Assembly: GCA_965243615.1 (NCBI GenBank)
Contig: CBDEVO010000003.1
Span: forward strand, 2,690,701-2,754,700
From: Vicinamibacterales bacterium
GTDB taxonomy: Bacteria; Acidobacteriota; Vicinamibacteria; Vicinamibacterales; UBA8438
Direction: 5' to 3'
Length of the DNA stretch: 64,000 nucleotides
The translations under genes and the position numbers were made by a program. This document shows positions 1-9,203 of the stretch, one piece after another. Numbering within the stretch: the stretch's first letter is position 1; each line of letters starts with the position of its first letter. Below the pieces are notes generated by a model. That model made no database searches. It had not been told where the DNA came from and saw only the letters and a program-made list of their open reading frames with translations.

Positions 1-53
1 GTGCGCGAGCCCGCGGCGACAACGTCGGCCGAGGCCGTCGGCTCCCGGGGCTC

Positions 54-947
54 GTGCTCGCGGCCGCCGTCGCCGCCCCCGCCGCTCTCGCGCAAGCCCC
101 GACCGAGTTCGTTCCCGTCACCGACGCGATGCTGCAGGCGCCGGCGCCCGACGACTGGCTGATGTGGCGGCGCACCCTCGACGGCTGGGGCTACAGCCCC
201 CTCGACCAGATCGACCGCGACAACGTGGGTGATCTGCGGATGGTGTGGTCGCGTGCGCTCAGCGCCGGCGGCCGGCAGCAGGGCACGCCGCTCGTCTACG
301 ACGGCGTCCTCTACATGCCCAACCCGAGTGACGTCATCCAGGCCATCGACGCCGCCACCGGGGACCTCCTCTGGGAGTACCGCCGCGACCTCCCCGACGA
401 CGCGTGCGAGCGCATCATGCCCGGCGTCTGCACGACGAACCGGAACCTCGCCATCTACGAGAATCTCATCATCGACACCAGCGTCGACGAGTACATCTTT
501 GCCCTCGACGCGCGGACGGGGGAGCTGGTCTGGGAGACGCAGGTCCTCGACTACACGACCCATCCCGCGAACCAGAGCACGGGGCCCATCGTCGCGAACG
601 GCAAGGTCGTCTCGGGCCGGAGCTGCATGCCGGCGGCGGGGCCCGAGGCCTGCGTCATCACCGCCCACGACGCGTGGACGGGCGAGGAGCTGTGGCGGCG
701 CCGCACCACCCCCGCCCCCGGCGAGCCGGGCGACGAAACCTGGGGCGGCGTGCCCGACCAGGACCGCCGGCACGTCGGCACGTGGATGGCCCCGAGCTTC
801 GACCCCGCGCTGAACCTGCTCTACATCGGCACCTCGGTGACCTCGCCCGCGCCGAAGTTCATGGTGGGCGGCGCCGACCTGACCCACCTCTACCACAACT
901 CGACGCTGGCCCTGGATGCCGACACCGGCGAGATCGCCTGGTACTAG
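54..947 (+). pseudogene. PQQ-dependent (quinoprotein) dehydrogenase, N-terminal ~300-aa fragment; frame ends at TAG 945-947 created by the island junction
   Basis: Frame is open to the window edge (RRLPGLVLAAAVAAPAALAQA signal-like). Propeller repeats are visible: DGVLYMPN..AIDAATGDLLWEY, ALDARTGELVWET, ALDADTGEIAWY. The same protein continues at 54198-55049. Confidence 0.85.
934..946. repeat. 13-bp direct repeat TCGCCTGGTACTA, left copy (putative attL core)
   Basis: Identical 13-mer at 54193-54205. Both copies lie in the same codon phase of the split dehydrogenase gene (..IAWY|). Confidence 0.75.
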
Positions 948-1248
948 GTGAAGATCGAGAATACCGCAACAAAGACGGGCTCTTGTGGAGCTTCGCGATC
1001 ACCCTATACCACGTTTCGGACCACGCGATGATTCCAGTCCAGAGCGGTCCATGAAAATCCGCGGCGGCCGCGGCGGTTGCGGCGGTGCGGCGGTAACCGT
1101 TCGGCGAAGCCGGTATGGGCCGTAACGATCCGCGCGGGTGCCGTCGCGGGCCGCAACGCCTCCACTGCTCTATCATGCACCCACCGCCGACCGCGCGGCT
1201 GCCGTTTGCGTCATACTGTTGCACCGGATCATTTTCAGCGGAGGGACC

Positions 1249-2802
1249 ATGGCGGCGACGACGATCAACGTGGGGTGGCGGGGTCGGGCGCGCTCGTTCG
1301 TATGGCTTCTGACGGCTACCGTGCTGCTGGCGGCAATCGGGGCGTGCGGGGATGCGGGCGTTCAGGACGAGGCGCGGCCGGCAGACGGCGTCCCGGCGCC
1401 CCCGGACGTGGGTCCGACCACCGCCGCGGAGTCGCCCGACGGGTCCCCGTCGGACGAGGCGCCGAGCTCGGTCCGCGTGATGCTGAACGGCGAGGAGCTG
1501 CCGCCCGAGCTCGCGGCCGCCTTCCTGCAGGCGATGGGGGACCGGGGCTCGCTGCCGGCCGAGGTGGCGGAGGGACTGCCCGGACGACGCAGTCCGAATG
1601 TCGAGGCCGCGCCGTCGCCGGCCGACGTCGGCCCGGACTGGTCGGTGGTGAAGGAGTACCTCGACCAGCAACGGGCGTGGAGGGAGAGCAACCGACAGGG
1701 TGCGCCCCCCTCCGGGGACGTCTCGAGCGAGGAACGCGTCCGGGCCATGACGGAGCGCCTAGCCGACCGGCCCGACGTGGGCCGCGCCGCGGCGGCGGCG
1801 AAGGCCATCCTGGAGCAGGACGGCGCGCACGAGAAGACGGTCGAAGCGGCGGAGTTCCTCGCCTTGCGCGTCCAGTCCGGCGGAGCTGTCGCCCAGAACA
1901 TGGTCGCGGGGGCGACGGGGCTGCTCAGGCACGCGCCCGACTACGAGGGCTGGCCGCGGGTGCTGAGCGCGATGGAGAGCCGCTCGTTCCTGGGACCGGA
2001 AATCGGCGCGTTCTTCGAGGAGTTGGCGACCGGGGCCGAGGACCCCGTGCTGCGCGCCACCGGCCGGTATTACGTGGCGGCCGGGCTCACGCAGGCCGCC
2101 AACGGAGGATCCCGGTTCGGTCTGCGCTCCGGCTGGACGTCCCTCTCCGCGTCGTTGGCGGAGAGCGAGGCCAAGCGGCAGAGCGCCCTCGAGGCGGCGG
2201 CGGGCTTGAGCGCGGGGGTGGAGGAGAAGCGGTTCCTGGGGACGTTCCCGGACAGTCGCTCCTCGGAGATGACCCTGGCGGAGGCCGAGGCGGACCTGAT
2301 TCGCAGCATCCGGCACGGGACCGTCGGCGGCACCCTGCCCGAAGTGACCGGCACGCGGGTCGACGGGGTGGAGGAGTCCCTGTCGGACTATCGGGGACGG
2401 GTCGTGCTGCTCGACTTCTGGGCGACCTGGTGCGTGCCGTGCATCGACGTGCTGCCGGACCTCAGGAAGCTGGTGGCGGAACTGCCGGCGGACCGGTTCG
2501 CCCTCGTGGCGATCAGCGTGGACGAGGAGCTCGAGACCGTGACCCGGTTCATGGAGGACGAACCGATGCCGTGGACGAACTGGCACGCGGGCCTGGGGAG
2601 CGACATCGCCCGGCTCCTGCGCGTCCAGGCGTATCCCACCTACGTGCTCGTCGACGAGACCGGCAGGATCCTGGCCAAGCCCATGGGGCGGTTCGAGGAG
2701 ATCGCTATTCCTCCCGGCGTGCCGGCGGACAGCTTCCCGGGTCGGCCTCCCAGCCTTCCCGCCCTGATCAGCGAGGCGCTGGCCGGACTCCCGCCGGCGT
2801 GA
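1249..2802 (+). CDS. Lipoprotein with C-terminal TlpA/ResA-like thioredoxin-fold thiol:disulfide oxidoreductase domain
   Basis: GGAGGGA Shine-Dalgarno before ATG 1249. Lipobox LLAAIGAC. C-terminal motif GRVVLLDFWATWCVPC (CxxC) ..AYPTYVLVDETGRI. Confidence 0.8.
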   Translation: MAATTINVGWRGRARSFVWLLTATVLLAAIGACGDAGVQDEARPADGVPAPPDVGPTTAAESPDGSPSDEAPSSVRVMLNGEELPPELAAAFLQAMGDRGSLPAEVAEGLPGRRSPNVEAAPSPADVGPDWSVVKEYLDQQRAWRESNRQGAPPSGDVSSEERVRAMTERLADRPDVGRAAAAAKAILEQDGAHEKTVEAAEFLALRVQSGGAVAQNMVAGATGLLRHAPDYEGWPRVLSAMESRSFLGPEIGAFFEELATGAEDPVLRATGRYYVAAGLTQAANGGSRFGLRSGWTSLSASLAESEAKRQSALEAAAGLSAGVEEKRFLGTFPDSRSSEMTLAEAEADLIRSIRHGTVGGTLPEVTGTRVDGVEESLSDYRGRVVLLDFWATWCVPCIDVLPDLRKLVAELPADRFALVAISVDEELETVTRFMEDEPMPWTNWHAGLGSDIARLLRVQAYPTYVLVDETGRILAKPMGRFEEIAIPPGVPADSFPGRPPSLPALISEALAGLPPA

Positions 2803-2807
2803 TTCGG

Positions 2808-2834
2808 TGGATATGGGGCCCGGCCCCATGTCCA
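2808..2834 (+). terminator. Inverted repeat (13-nt arms, 1 mismatch) just after the TlpA-like stop codon
   Basis: TGGATATGGGGCC c GGCCCCATGTCCA. There is no T-run, so terminator function is uncertain. Confidence 0.35.
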
Positions 2835-2959
2835 TACCCGGTAGAGTCGACGACTGGCGCGGTGGCGGTAGGCGGAAGGGGGTAGCTGTTCCCGGCGGCT
2901 TTCGCCAAGTGCCGGTGCCTCACTCCCCGCCGTGGCTCCGTTTCCAGTCGCCGCTCATC

Positions 2960-2992
2960 GAACCGGACGTGCGGATCTCCCGCATCCGGCTC
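2960..2992 (-). ncRNA. Group II intron domain V
   Basis: Minus strand reads GAGCCGGAUGCGGGAGAUCCGCACGUCCGGUUC. This is a 33-nt hairpin matching the DV consensus (GAGC..AUG..GNRA-type loop..GUUC), just downstream of the IEP stop. Confidence 0.85.
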
Positions 2993-3002
2993 TCGGACGA
3001 GA

Positions 3003-4343
3003 TCATGCCTTCGCCCACGGATGGCGCGCCGTTCGCGTGGCAAGGCGCGTGAGCCCGTACTCCGTCCAGAGTCGCTCGTACGGGAAGCGCACAGATTTCC
3101 CGTCTCGCACCTTGTGCTTGCGGCAGAGCCACTGGCGCAGCCGCCGCGTAGCGTGCTGGTCAACGGCGCGATACGCGGGACTGACCTGCCCGAGGGTGAA
3201 GTAGTTCGCCCAGCCGGTCAGCAACCGGTTCAGGCGCGCCACCACCTCGCTTGGCGGCAGGAGCGCGTCACGCCGTGTCGTCAGCTCGCTCACGCGACGG
3301 CAGATGCTCTGGACGCTCTCCCGGCTGGGGCGCGTGCCGATGTAGGCGGCACCCGTAAACGGCCGGTAGTTGCGCCCAATCCGGTAGCCGAGGAACGTCA
3401 TCGATTCCTCCGGCACCCGGCAGCATCGGGTCTTCTCGGCGTTCATCGGCAGCTTCAGACGCCGCATCAGCCCTTCGACCGCCGTCAGCATCTCTGCCGC
3501 CGGCGCTCGGCCGAGCACCGCGAAGTCGTCCGCGTAGTTGACGATTTCCGCCCCGAAGCGCCGGGCGTACCCCAGCACCTTCCAGCCCCGGATGAAGCGG
3601 CGCATGTAGACGTTGCTGAACAGCGGCGAAATCGGTGACCCTTGCGGGGTACCCTTCCGCTCGCGACGCGCACGGTTCGTCCGGTGGCGTCCGCCCCGAC
3701 CATCGTCCTCCTCGACCGCCATCTCCAGCCACGCCTTGACCCACCCCAACAGCCGACCGTCGCTCACGCGACGGGCGACCGATTTCAGCAGGTCCGCGTG
3801 CGGGATTTCGCCGAAGTAGTTCGTCAGGTCGGCGTCCACCACCTCCCGATGCCCGGTGTTCAGCAGCCGGTGTACGCGTCTGACCGCGTCATTCGCGCCC
3901 CGGCCCGGCCGGTAGGCGTATTGCTCCGGTTCGAGGTCCGCTTCGAAGATCGGCGACAGCACCAGCATCGCCGCCGTCTGCGCTACCCGGTCCCGGAGAC
4001 ACGGAATGCCTAACGGCCGGAACTTCCCGCGCTGCTTCTTCGGGATGAGCACCTGCCGGACCGCCTGCGGCCGGTAGGTCCCCTCCTTCAGGTCCCGCGC
4101 CAGAGATCCCAGCCACCCGTCCACCCCCTGCGATTCGACGTCCGCGACCGTCTCGCCGTCCACCCCGGCCGCGCCGCCGTTGCGGCGGACGGTCTGCCAG
4201 GCGACCGCGAGCACGTCGTCGCGCCACACCTTGTCGCTCAGAGAGTAGAACCGGAAGCCCGGAGCCTCCTTCGCTTTCGCATGTAGCGCCCTCTGGAGTC
4301 GCTGAACCCGTTCTGAGGCTGCTAGGCTTGCGCCAGTCCCCAC
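3003..4343 (-). CDS. Group II intron reverse transcriptase/maturase (IEP), no HNH endonuclease domain
   Basis: RT motifs: RPLGIPCLRDRVAQ, TPQGSPISPLFSNVYM, YADDFAV. Maturase X region: LNRLLTGWANYF. The C-terminus is short. Confidence 0.95.
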   Translation of the reverse strand: MGTGASLAASERVQRLQRALHAKAKEAPGFRFYSLSDKVWRDDVLAVAWQTVRRNGGAAGVDGETVADVESQGVDGWLGSLARDLKEGTYRPQAVRQVLIPKKQRGKFRPLGIPCLRDRVAQTAAMLVLSPIFEADLEPEQYAYRPGRGANDAVRRVHRLLNTGHREVVDADLTNYFGEIPHADLLKSVARRVSDGRLLGWVKAWLEMAVEEDDGRGGRHRTNRARRERKGTPQGSPISPLFSNVYMRRFIRGWKVLGYARRFGAEIVNYADDFAVLGRAPAAEMLTAVEGLMRRLKLPMNAEKTRCCRVPEESMTFLGYRIGRNYRPFTGAAYIGTRPSRESVQSICRRVSELTTRRDALLPPSEVVARLNRLLTGWANYFTLGQVSPAYRAVDQHATRRLRQWLCRKHKVRDGKSVRFPYERLWTEYGLTRLATRTARHPWAKA

Positions 4344-4838
4344 GTCCCTTCCTCCGTCATGCGCTGCTCTCGAACCGAGGCCCCTTCCCTCCGCCGGCGT
4401 TACCCGGCTTCCCCGGTACTACGGGCCCCTCCGCCACCCTGCTCGGCCCGACCCGACCCTCACGGGCTGTCGGTTGGCGCGTGCCACGCCACCGGCAGGG
4501 CTTCCCGTGTTGCGTCCATCCCCCTCTTCCACGCGTGCCGTCGCCACTACCCCGGCGGAACCGGCCGGTGCTCGCGTCGCTCGCTTCCCGGCCGCTGGCA
4601 GCCTTCCCCAAGTCGTGGGCGGGTCGGCTTCCGCATCACCGGTTTCGGGGCCTGCTCGGCGTTCACTCACGTTACGGCCCGCGTGGTCGCTGAGCCGCCA
4701 AGGCGGCCCTTGTCGTCGGAGTGCTTCAGTCGATGTCGTTACCTCCATCGCCCGCTCCGACTGCTACCGGCTGGAGCGACAGTTGCCGGGCGGGATTCGC
4801 ACCCGCTGAGGAACGGCGCCTTTCACGGCGCACCGCGA

Positions 4839-4888
4839 CCGAACGGTTACCCGCGGCGCAGCGGCGCAGCGGCGCCGTAAGCGTTCGG
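4839..4888 (-). terminator. Stem-loop (12-nt arms, 11/12 paired) ending 5 nt before the intron 5' end
   Basis: CCGAACGGTTAC (4839-4850) pairs with GTAAGCGTTCGG (4877-4888). The 26-nt loop holds three GCGGCGC[A/C] octamers. In minus sense the order is stem-loop, UCGCG, then GUGCG intron. Confidence 0.5.
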
Positions 4889-5227
4889 CGGAGCCGGTAT
4901 ACCGCAGCCGGGCCATCGTCGCCGGAACAGCGACAGGACCCGGTTCTTCTGGTCGACCCCGTGCTGATCGAGACCTTCATGGAGGCCGCGCCGCCTGGGC
5001 CGTGCGATGCAGACCGAGCTGCCGGACGAGATGTTCGGCTCCACGCTGGGAACCGCGTGACCCGGGCGGTGCTATCGAGGGCATTCCGGGGCCGCAAGAG
5101 CGAGAATCGGGAGAGGCGGCGGCAGCGACGCCGCTCCGGCCCGACCGGGTTGCCGATGGGGTGCGTGCAGGGGCTGGCTCGCCCGCGAGGGGACGTCGTC
5201 GTGTGCACGCCGCCCTCATGACCTTAG

Positions 5228-5890
5228 TTAGAATCGGACCCCGACACCAACCTCTGCCCGCAGGATCCAGAGCCGCGCGCCAGCGCGGAAGAATAGCCGC
5301 TCTCGGATGTCCACGTCCAGCACCGCCCCCGCCTGCACCCCGAATCCGTTGGGAATGGTGTTGAGGGGTTGAAGTTCGTCAGCACAGCGCATGCGCTCCT
5401 CCGGCGTCAGCTCCTGCCTGAACACTACGTAATCGGGTGGCCAGTCCCTCGGCGCGGGGATCCTTACGACCGGCCCGTCGGAGGCGCGGCAGAACGCCCG
5501 CCAACTACGTGAATAGATGGTGCCGAAGAGAATGCTCACGCTGTAGCGTGGCTGCTCCAGCGCTCGCCACGACACCAGCACGCTCGTCTCGTGTCGAGGC
5601 TCGATCTCGAGGTCTGCGCGCTGGACGCTGGCCCTTCGTCCGTCGATGTCCTCGAGAGGGTAATTTCCATGCCCCTCCTGCTCGCGGAGGCTCCGCAGGT
5701 AGTCGACCTGGATCCGCCAGCGCCCCGAGCCGAATGTCGCCCAAGCCAGCGGCGGGCAGCATTCGCGGGGGACATCCAGGTACTGGGCGTAACCCGGGAT
5801 CGCGCTGAGGCCGACCTCAACTTGCTGTGCCGAGGCGGCCGCAGACGTGAGGACCAGAGCGAGAGCGAGAAAAACTGGCCGGCAAGACAT
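5228..5890 (-). CDS. Hypothetical secreted protein, outer-membrane beta-barrel-like
   Basis: Signal peptide MSCRPVFLALALVLTSAAASAQQ. C-terminus ..AEVGVGVRF ends in an aromatic residue. GC3-rich frame. Confidence 0.6.
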   Translation of the reverse strand: MSCRPVFLALALVLTSAAASAQQVEVGLSAIPGYAQYLDVPRECCPPLAWATFGSGRWRIQVDYLRSLREQEGHGNYPLEDIDGRRASVQRADLEIEPRHETSVLVSWRALEQPRYSVSILFGTIYSRSWRAFCRASDGPVVRIPAPRDWPPDYVVFRQELTPEERMRCADELQPLNTIPNGFGVQAGAVLDVDIRERLFFRAGARLWILRAEVGVGVRF

Positions 5891-6199
5891 AGCGTCGCAC
5901 CTCATCTACGGGGCAGTGCGCGAATGCAGCCGAGACTGGCTCATGCTCGCATCTTCAGCGGGCGAACGATGTGTCCCATCCGCACGTCCGCACCGTGTCT
6001 CGCAACCAGAGCCGTCGGTCGACGCTCTCCGGGCTATGCGTCCGGGGGGAGACCCGTGCGAGCCGCCACAGCCTGTCGAGGAGGCGCGCATCTGCCGATA
6101 GACGGAAGTGTCTCCGTGCTGCGGCCGCCGGTGACACTCCGCGAGCGATCGTCGCACCATGGAAGGCCCAGCGGCCGCGTGACCCGGAGAAAAGCAGTC

Positions 6200-6700
6200 A
6201 TGTGGAAGCGGGAAGAGCCAATTCCAACGGTGTCCCCCAGGGTGGTCGGTACCGTCGGCTCCGCGCCTGCCGACGACACGGGCAGCGCGAACCCGAAAGT
6301 GATCATTGGCAAGTCGATTGTCGTCAAGGGCGAGCTTAGCGGGAGCGAGGACCTGACCGTCGAGGGGCAGGTGGAGGGCAAGATCGCGCTCAAGCAGCAT
6401 GTCCTGACCGTCGGAGTCCATGGACGCATCCGGGCGCAAGTGTTCGCGAAATCGGTCGTCGTCCTCGGAGAGGTCATCGGCAACATCGAGGCGACGGAGA
6501 AGGTCACGATTCGCAACGAGGGGACGGTCGAAGGCGACATCAAGGCCCCGCGCGTCGCCATCGCCGAGGGTGCGAAGTTCCGCGGCGGCATCGACATGCA
6601 GCAGGGGCAGGGGCAAGCGGGGAACCGGAAGCGGAGCGAGCCGAAGCCGGGGTCCGAGCCCCGCCGTTCGGTGCCAACCGTGGAGGCGAAGAGCGCATAG
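6200..6700 (+). CDS. Bactofilin (polymer-forming cytoskeletal protein, DUF583 family)
   Basis: IIGKSIVVKGELSGSEDLTVEGQVEGKI..VGVHGRIRAQVFAKSVVVLGEVIGNIEATEKVTIRNEGTVEGDIKAPRVAIAEGAKFRG beta-helix repeats, followed by a basic Pro-rich tail. The upstream part of ORF 5591-6700 is not coding-like. Confidence 0.85.
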   Translation: MWKREEPIPTVSPRVVGTVGSAPADDTGSANPKVIIGKSIVVKGELSGSEDLTVEGQVEGKIALKQHVLTVGVHGRIRAQVFAKSVVVLGEVIGNIEATEKVTIRNEGTVEGDIKAPRVAIAEGAKFRGGIDMQQGQGQAGNRKRSEPKPGSEPRRSVPTVEAKSA

Positions 6701-6724
6701 GAAGTCGGCACCGTAGAACGGCGC

Positions 6725-7438
6725 TCACGTTCCGCAGATCGTCATCCGTCGTCTCGGAGCCGCTGGGATTCCCCGACGCCCCCCTCTCTGGCTCCGAGGT
6801 CGCCGGCTCGATTGTTCCTCACCGCACAGATCTCGCGATGAGCCGTGGGGGCCTTGGTACGCAGTACCTTGTTCCAGCCTTCGCCGACGGTTCGGCCGCA
6901 CCCTCCTGAGAAACTGCGCAATTGGCGCACCGTCGTCGTTCGGCCTCACCAGTCTGGCCTTTGCCGGAGTCGACCGTCTCGACCGCCTCTGCGGTCGGTT
7001 CGGCGGTGGCGGCCGCCCCGCACCCAGGTTCGCCAGCTTCGCCGCGGCCAGCGGCCGCCGGCGGGCACCCACGGTCGGCAGTCTGCCCCACGGAACCGGC
7101 ATACCCGCCCGTTCGTACGCGAGCGCGCGGTTCCGACCGTCGAGTATCAGGTCATCGCAGATGGAAACCGGCACTCGGCAGCCGTTCGTCCTGATGTCGG
7201 TCGCCAGCGCCTCAAGCTCGGCATCTTTCATCAGGGGTAAAGCACTCGGCGGCCGGATGGGCTCGCAGCCGGCGGCCTCGACCACCCGTCGAACGGCTGG
7301 GCCGCAGCCACGAGCGGGGCTGACACCATCAACACACAGAGCATCCAGCGCATCAACCTCCACAGGTTGCACAGACGGTCCACAGCCCCTGGACAGGTGA
7401 TCCCGCCGCGCCGCGGCGATGACGTCACGGGTGCGCAC
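6725..7438 (-). CDS. ParB/Srx-like nuclease-domain protein, 3' half possibly degenerate
   Basis: LPLMKDAELEALATDIRTNGCRVPVSICDDLILDGRNRALAYERAGMPVPW, then ..AAAKLANLGAGRP. The downstream sequence loses family resemblance in all frames. Confidence 0.5.
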   Translation of the reverse strand: MRTRDVIAAARRDHLSRGCGPSVQPVEVDALDALCVDGVSPARGCGPAVRRVVEAAGCEPIRPPSALPLMKDAELEALATDIRTNGCRVPVSICDDLILDGRNRALAYERAGMPVPWGRLPTVGARRRPLAAAKLANLGAGRPPPPNRPQRRSRRSTPAKARLVRPNDDGAPIAQFLRRVRPNRRRRLEQGTAYQGPHGSSRDLCGEEQSSRRPRSQRGGRRGIPAAPRRRMTICGT

Positions 7439-7763
7439 CGAGCATGTGGACCAATGGCCGTGAACGCCGATCGCGGCTTGGCGCCGAGCGCTCGCCTGCC
7501 GTATCGAGCGTTCCCGTCATGGCCGTCGCGGTCTCAGGCATCTCGAATGCGAAGCGGCGGCTGATGTGGATGCCGAACAGATGCAGGTCGACGTAGGCCC
7601 GGTGGCCGACCCAGGTCCGCGTGCGGAGGAAGAGACCGCTACGGACGGCGATGCAGCGCACGCAGAGGCAGCGCCGCGGATCGATCCCGGCGACGCGGCA
7701 CAGCCCGCGGAGCAGGTGGCCGCAACGGCCGCGCAGGACGCGTTGAGGGGCGTAGGCGTGCAT
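7425..7763 (-). CDS. Hypothetical Cys-rich protein (CxH..C..CxCxxC)
   Basis: MHAYAPQRVLRGRCGHLLRGLCRVAGIDPRRCLCVRC... GC3 is strong over the first ~65 codons. It lies directly downstream of the VWA/TPR gene. Confidence 0.4.
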   Translation of the reverse strand: MHAYAPQRVLRGRCGHLLRGLCRVAGIDPRRCLCVRCIAVRSGLFLRTRTWVGHRAYVDLHLFGIHISRRFAFEMPETATAMTGTLDTAGERSAPSRDRRSRPLVHMLGAHP

Positions 7764-7805
7764 GATGACCTCCTCGTCTATGGAGTAGCGACCCCGACTG
7801 GCCAT

Positions 7806-9110
7806 TCACCTGTGCACCCGGACATGGGGCAGCGAACCCAGGAACGTGGCCGCCTGCGCGCCTTCCGGGGAGCTCGCATCCGCCTCGACCGCCCGTTCGA
7901 ACCAGCGCCTCGCCCCCTCGATGTCGCCCAGGTTGAGCGAGACCAGCCCCAGCTTGAACAGCGGCTTGATCCAACGTCGATCCCGGTCGTGGGCCTTTCG
8001 GAACCACTCGGCCGCCTTCGCGCCGTCTCCGGCCGCGAAGGCCGCCTCGCCTTGGTTGAACAGCTCCTCGCGACTGCTCCCGACCTCGACGGGCGCGACA
8101 CCCGGCGCGACGGCCGGCGCGGCAGCCCGCGGCCGGCCGCTCGAGGAGATGCTCAGGCCCACCCCCGCGCGGCGCACCGCGCAGGAGATTCCGGCCTTCG
8201 GGTCGGCGTCCTGCGGCGCCTCGTAGGCGACGGCGTACTGGTACCGGGTCTGCTCGTACTGCGTCGTGATCTCGGCCGCCATCTCCTGGAGCTTGTCGCC
8301 GATGGACTGGCTGGGGCTGGCCACCGTGTCGTACCAGCCGCCGGTGATCCGGGTCACGTCCCTCGCGATGCCGGTCTGGTATCCACGGCCGGACCCGGCC
8401 CGCTGGGTGTAGAGGCCCAACGCGTGGATGACCGCCCCCCGCTCGACCGCCCGCTCGATGAAGGCGTCGTACCGGCCGTCGGTGAGCGACCGTTGGGCCG
8501 GTCCGTCGGTAGTGACCACCGCGAGCACCGGCCAGCGCATGTCGTCGTCCCATCGATCCAGCGTCTCTTCCAGGCCCGCGAAGAACCCCGCGGCGCGATC
8601 CTCTTCCACGAAGAACCGCGCCAGCTGATCGAACACCTCGTCGTGGTCGTCGGTGAAGTCCACCACCATGCGCGGCCGGCCCGACAGCAGCACCAGCCCG
8701 ATCTCGCTGTTCTCCGGCAGAGCTCGCACGAACCTCGGCAGGTAGACGCGGAAGTACCGGAAGAACGGCAGCGCGCCGTCCGCGTCGTCGACGATCAGCG
8801 CTACCCGCAACGGCTGGTCGACGAGCTCGACGCGTGCGATGTCGACGGGTTCACCGTCGTGCTCGATGGTGAAGTCGCCGGACACGAGGTCGGTCACCGG
8901 CGCGCCGGCGCGGTCGGTAACCTTGATGAACCGCTCGAGGTCCTTCGCCTGGGCAATCCCGCCGGCCAGGAAGACCGTCAGGAAGACGCTCAGGGCGATG
9001 GTGGACAGCAGAGCGAACCGTCCCTGGCTCATGGGCACGACGAAGAGGAGGGCGGAGAGCAACCGTACTGCCCATCCCCCTCCGCAGCGGCTGGTGCTGC
9101 CTGTCCTCAT
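7806..9110 (-). CDS. Membrane-anchored VWA-like domain protein with C-terminal TPR repeats
   Basis: N-terminal TM/signal region (alternative start ATG 9032, MSQGRFALLSTIALSVFLTVFLAGGIAQA). VWA-like core LRVALIVDDADG with no clear DxSxS MIDAS motif. C-terminal TPR: AEWFRKAHDRD..KLGLVSLNLGDIEGARRWFERAVEAD. Confidence 0.6.
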   Translation of the reverse strand: MRTGSTSRCGGGWAVRLLSALLFVVPMSQGRFALLSTIALSVFLTVFLAGGIAQAKDLERFIKVTDRAGAPVTDLVSGDFTIEHDGEPVDIARVELVDQPLRVALIVDDADGALPFFRYFRVYLPRFVRALPENSEIGLVLLSGRPRMVVDFTDDHDEVFDQLARFFVEEDRAAGFFAGLEETLDRWDDDMRWPVLAVVTTDGPAQRSLTDGRYDAFIERAVERGAVIHALGLYTQRAGSGRGYQTGIARDVTRITGGWYDTVASPSQSIGDKLQEMAAEITTQYEQTRYQYAVAYEAPQDADPKAGISCAVRRAGVGLSISSSGRPRAAAPAVAPGVAPVEVGSSREELFNQGEAAFAAGDGAKAAEWFRKAHDRDRRWIKPLFKLGLVSLNLGDIEGARRWFERAVEADASSPEGAQAATFLGSLPHVRVHR

Positions 9111-9203
9111 CTCGCTCCCCCTTCCCCGGCAAGTTCCGGAACCCCGCTCCGGCGGGGCGTTGTCGGGCGTTCTCTCTATAAGAGAGTTTGGGGAGGGGTG
9201 CGA

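Larger units (their letters stand above)
2845..4833 (-). mobile_element. Group II intron (bacterial, En-minus IEP; IIC-like placement); 3' boundary approximate
   Basis: 5' end reads GUGCGCCGUGAAAGG (reverse complement of 4833 downward), with GGGUGCGAAUCCC about 30 nt in. An RT/maturase ORF lies inside. Canonical domain V is at 2960-2992. The 3' end could not be fixed (somewhere 2840-2925). Confidence 0.8.

Noticed and set aside
5591-6199. N-terminal 200-aa extension of the bactofilin ORF
   Set aside because: The extension is Arg/Ser/Ala-rich without structure and overlaps the antisense of the OMP-like gene. The bactofilin domain starts shortly after M at 6200.
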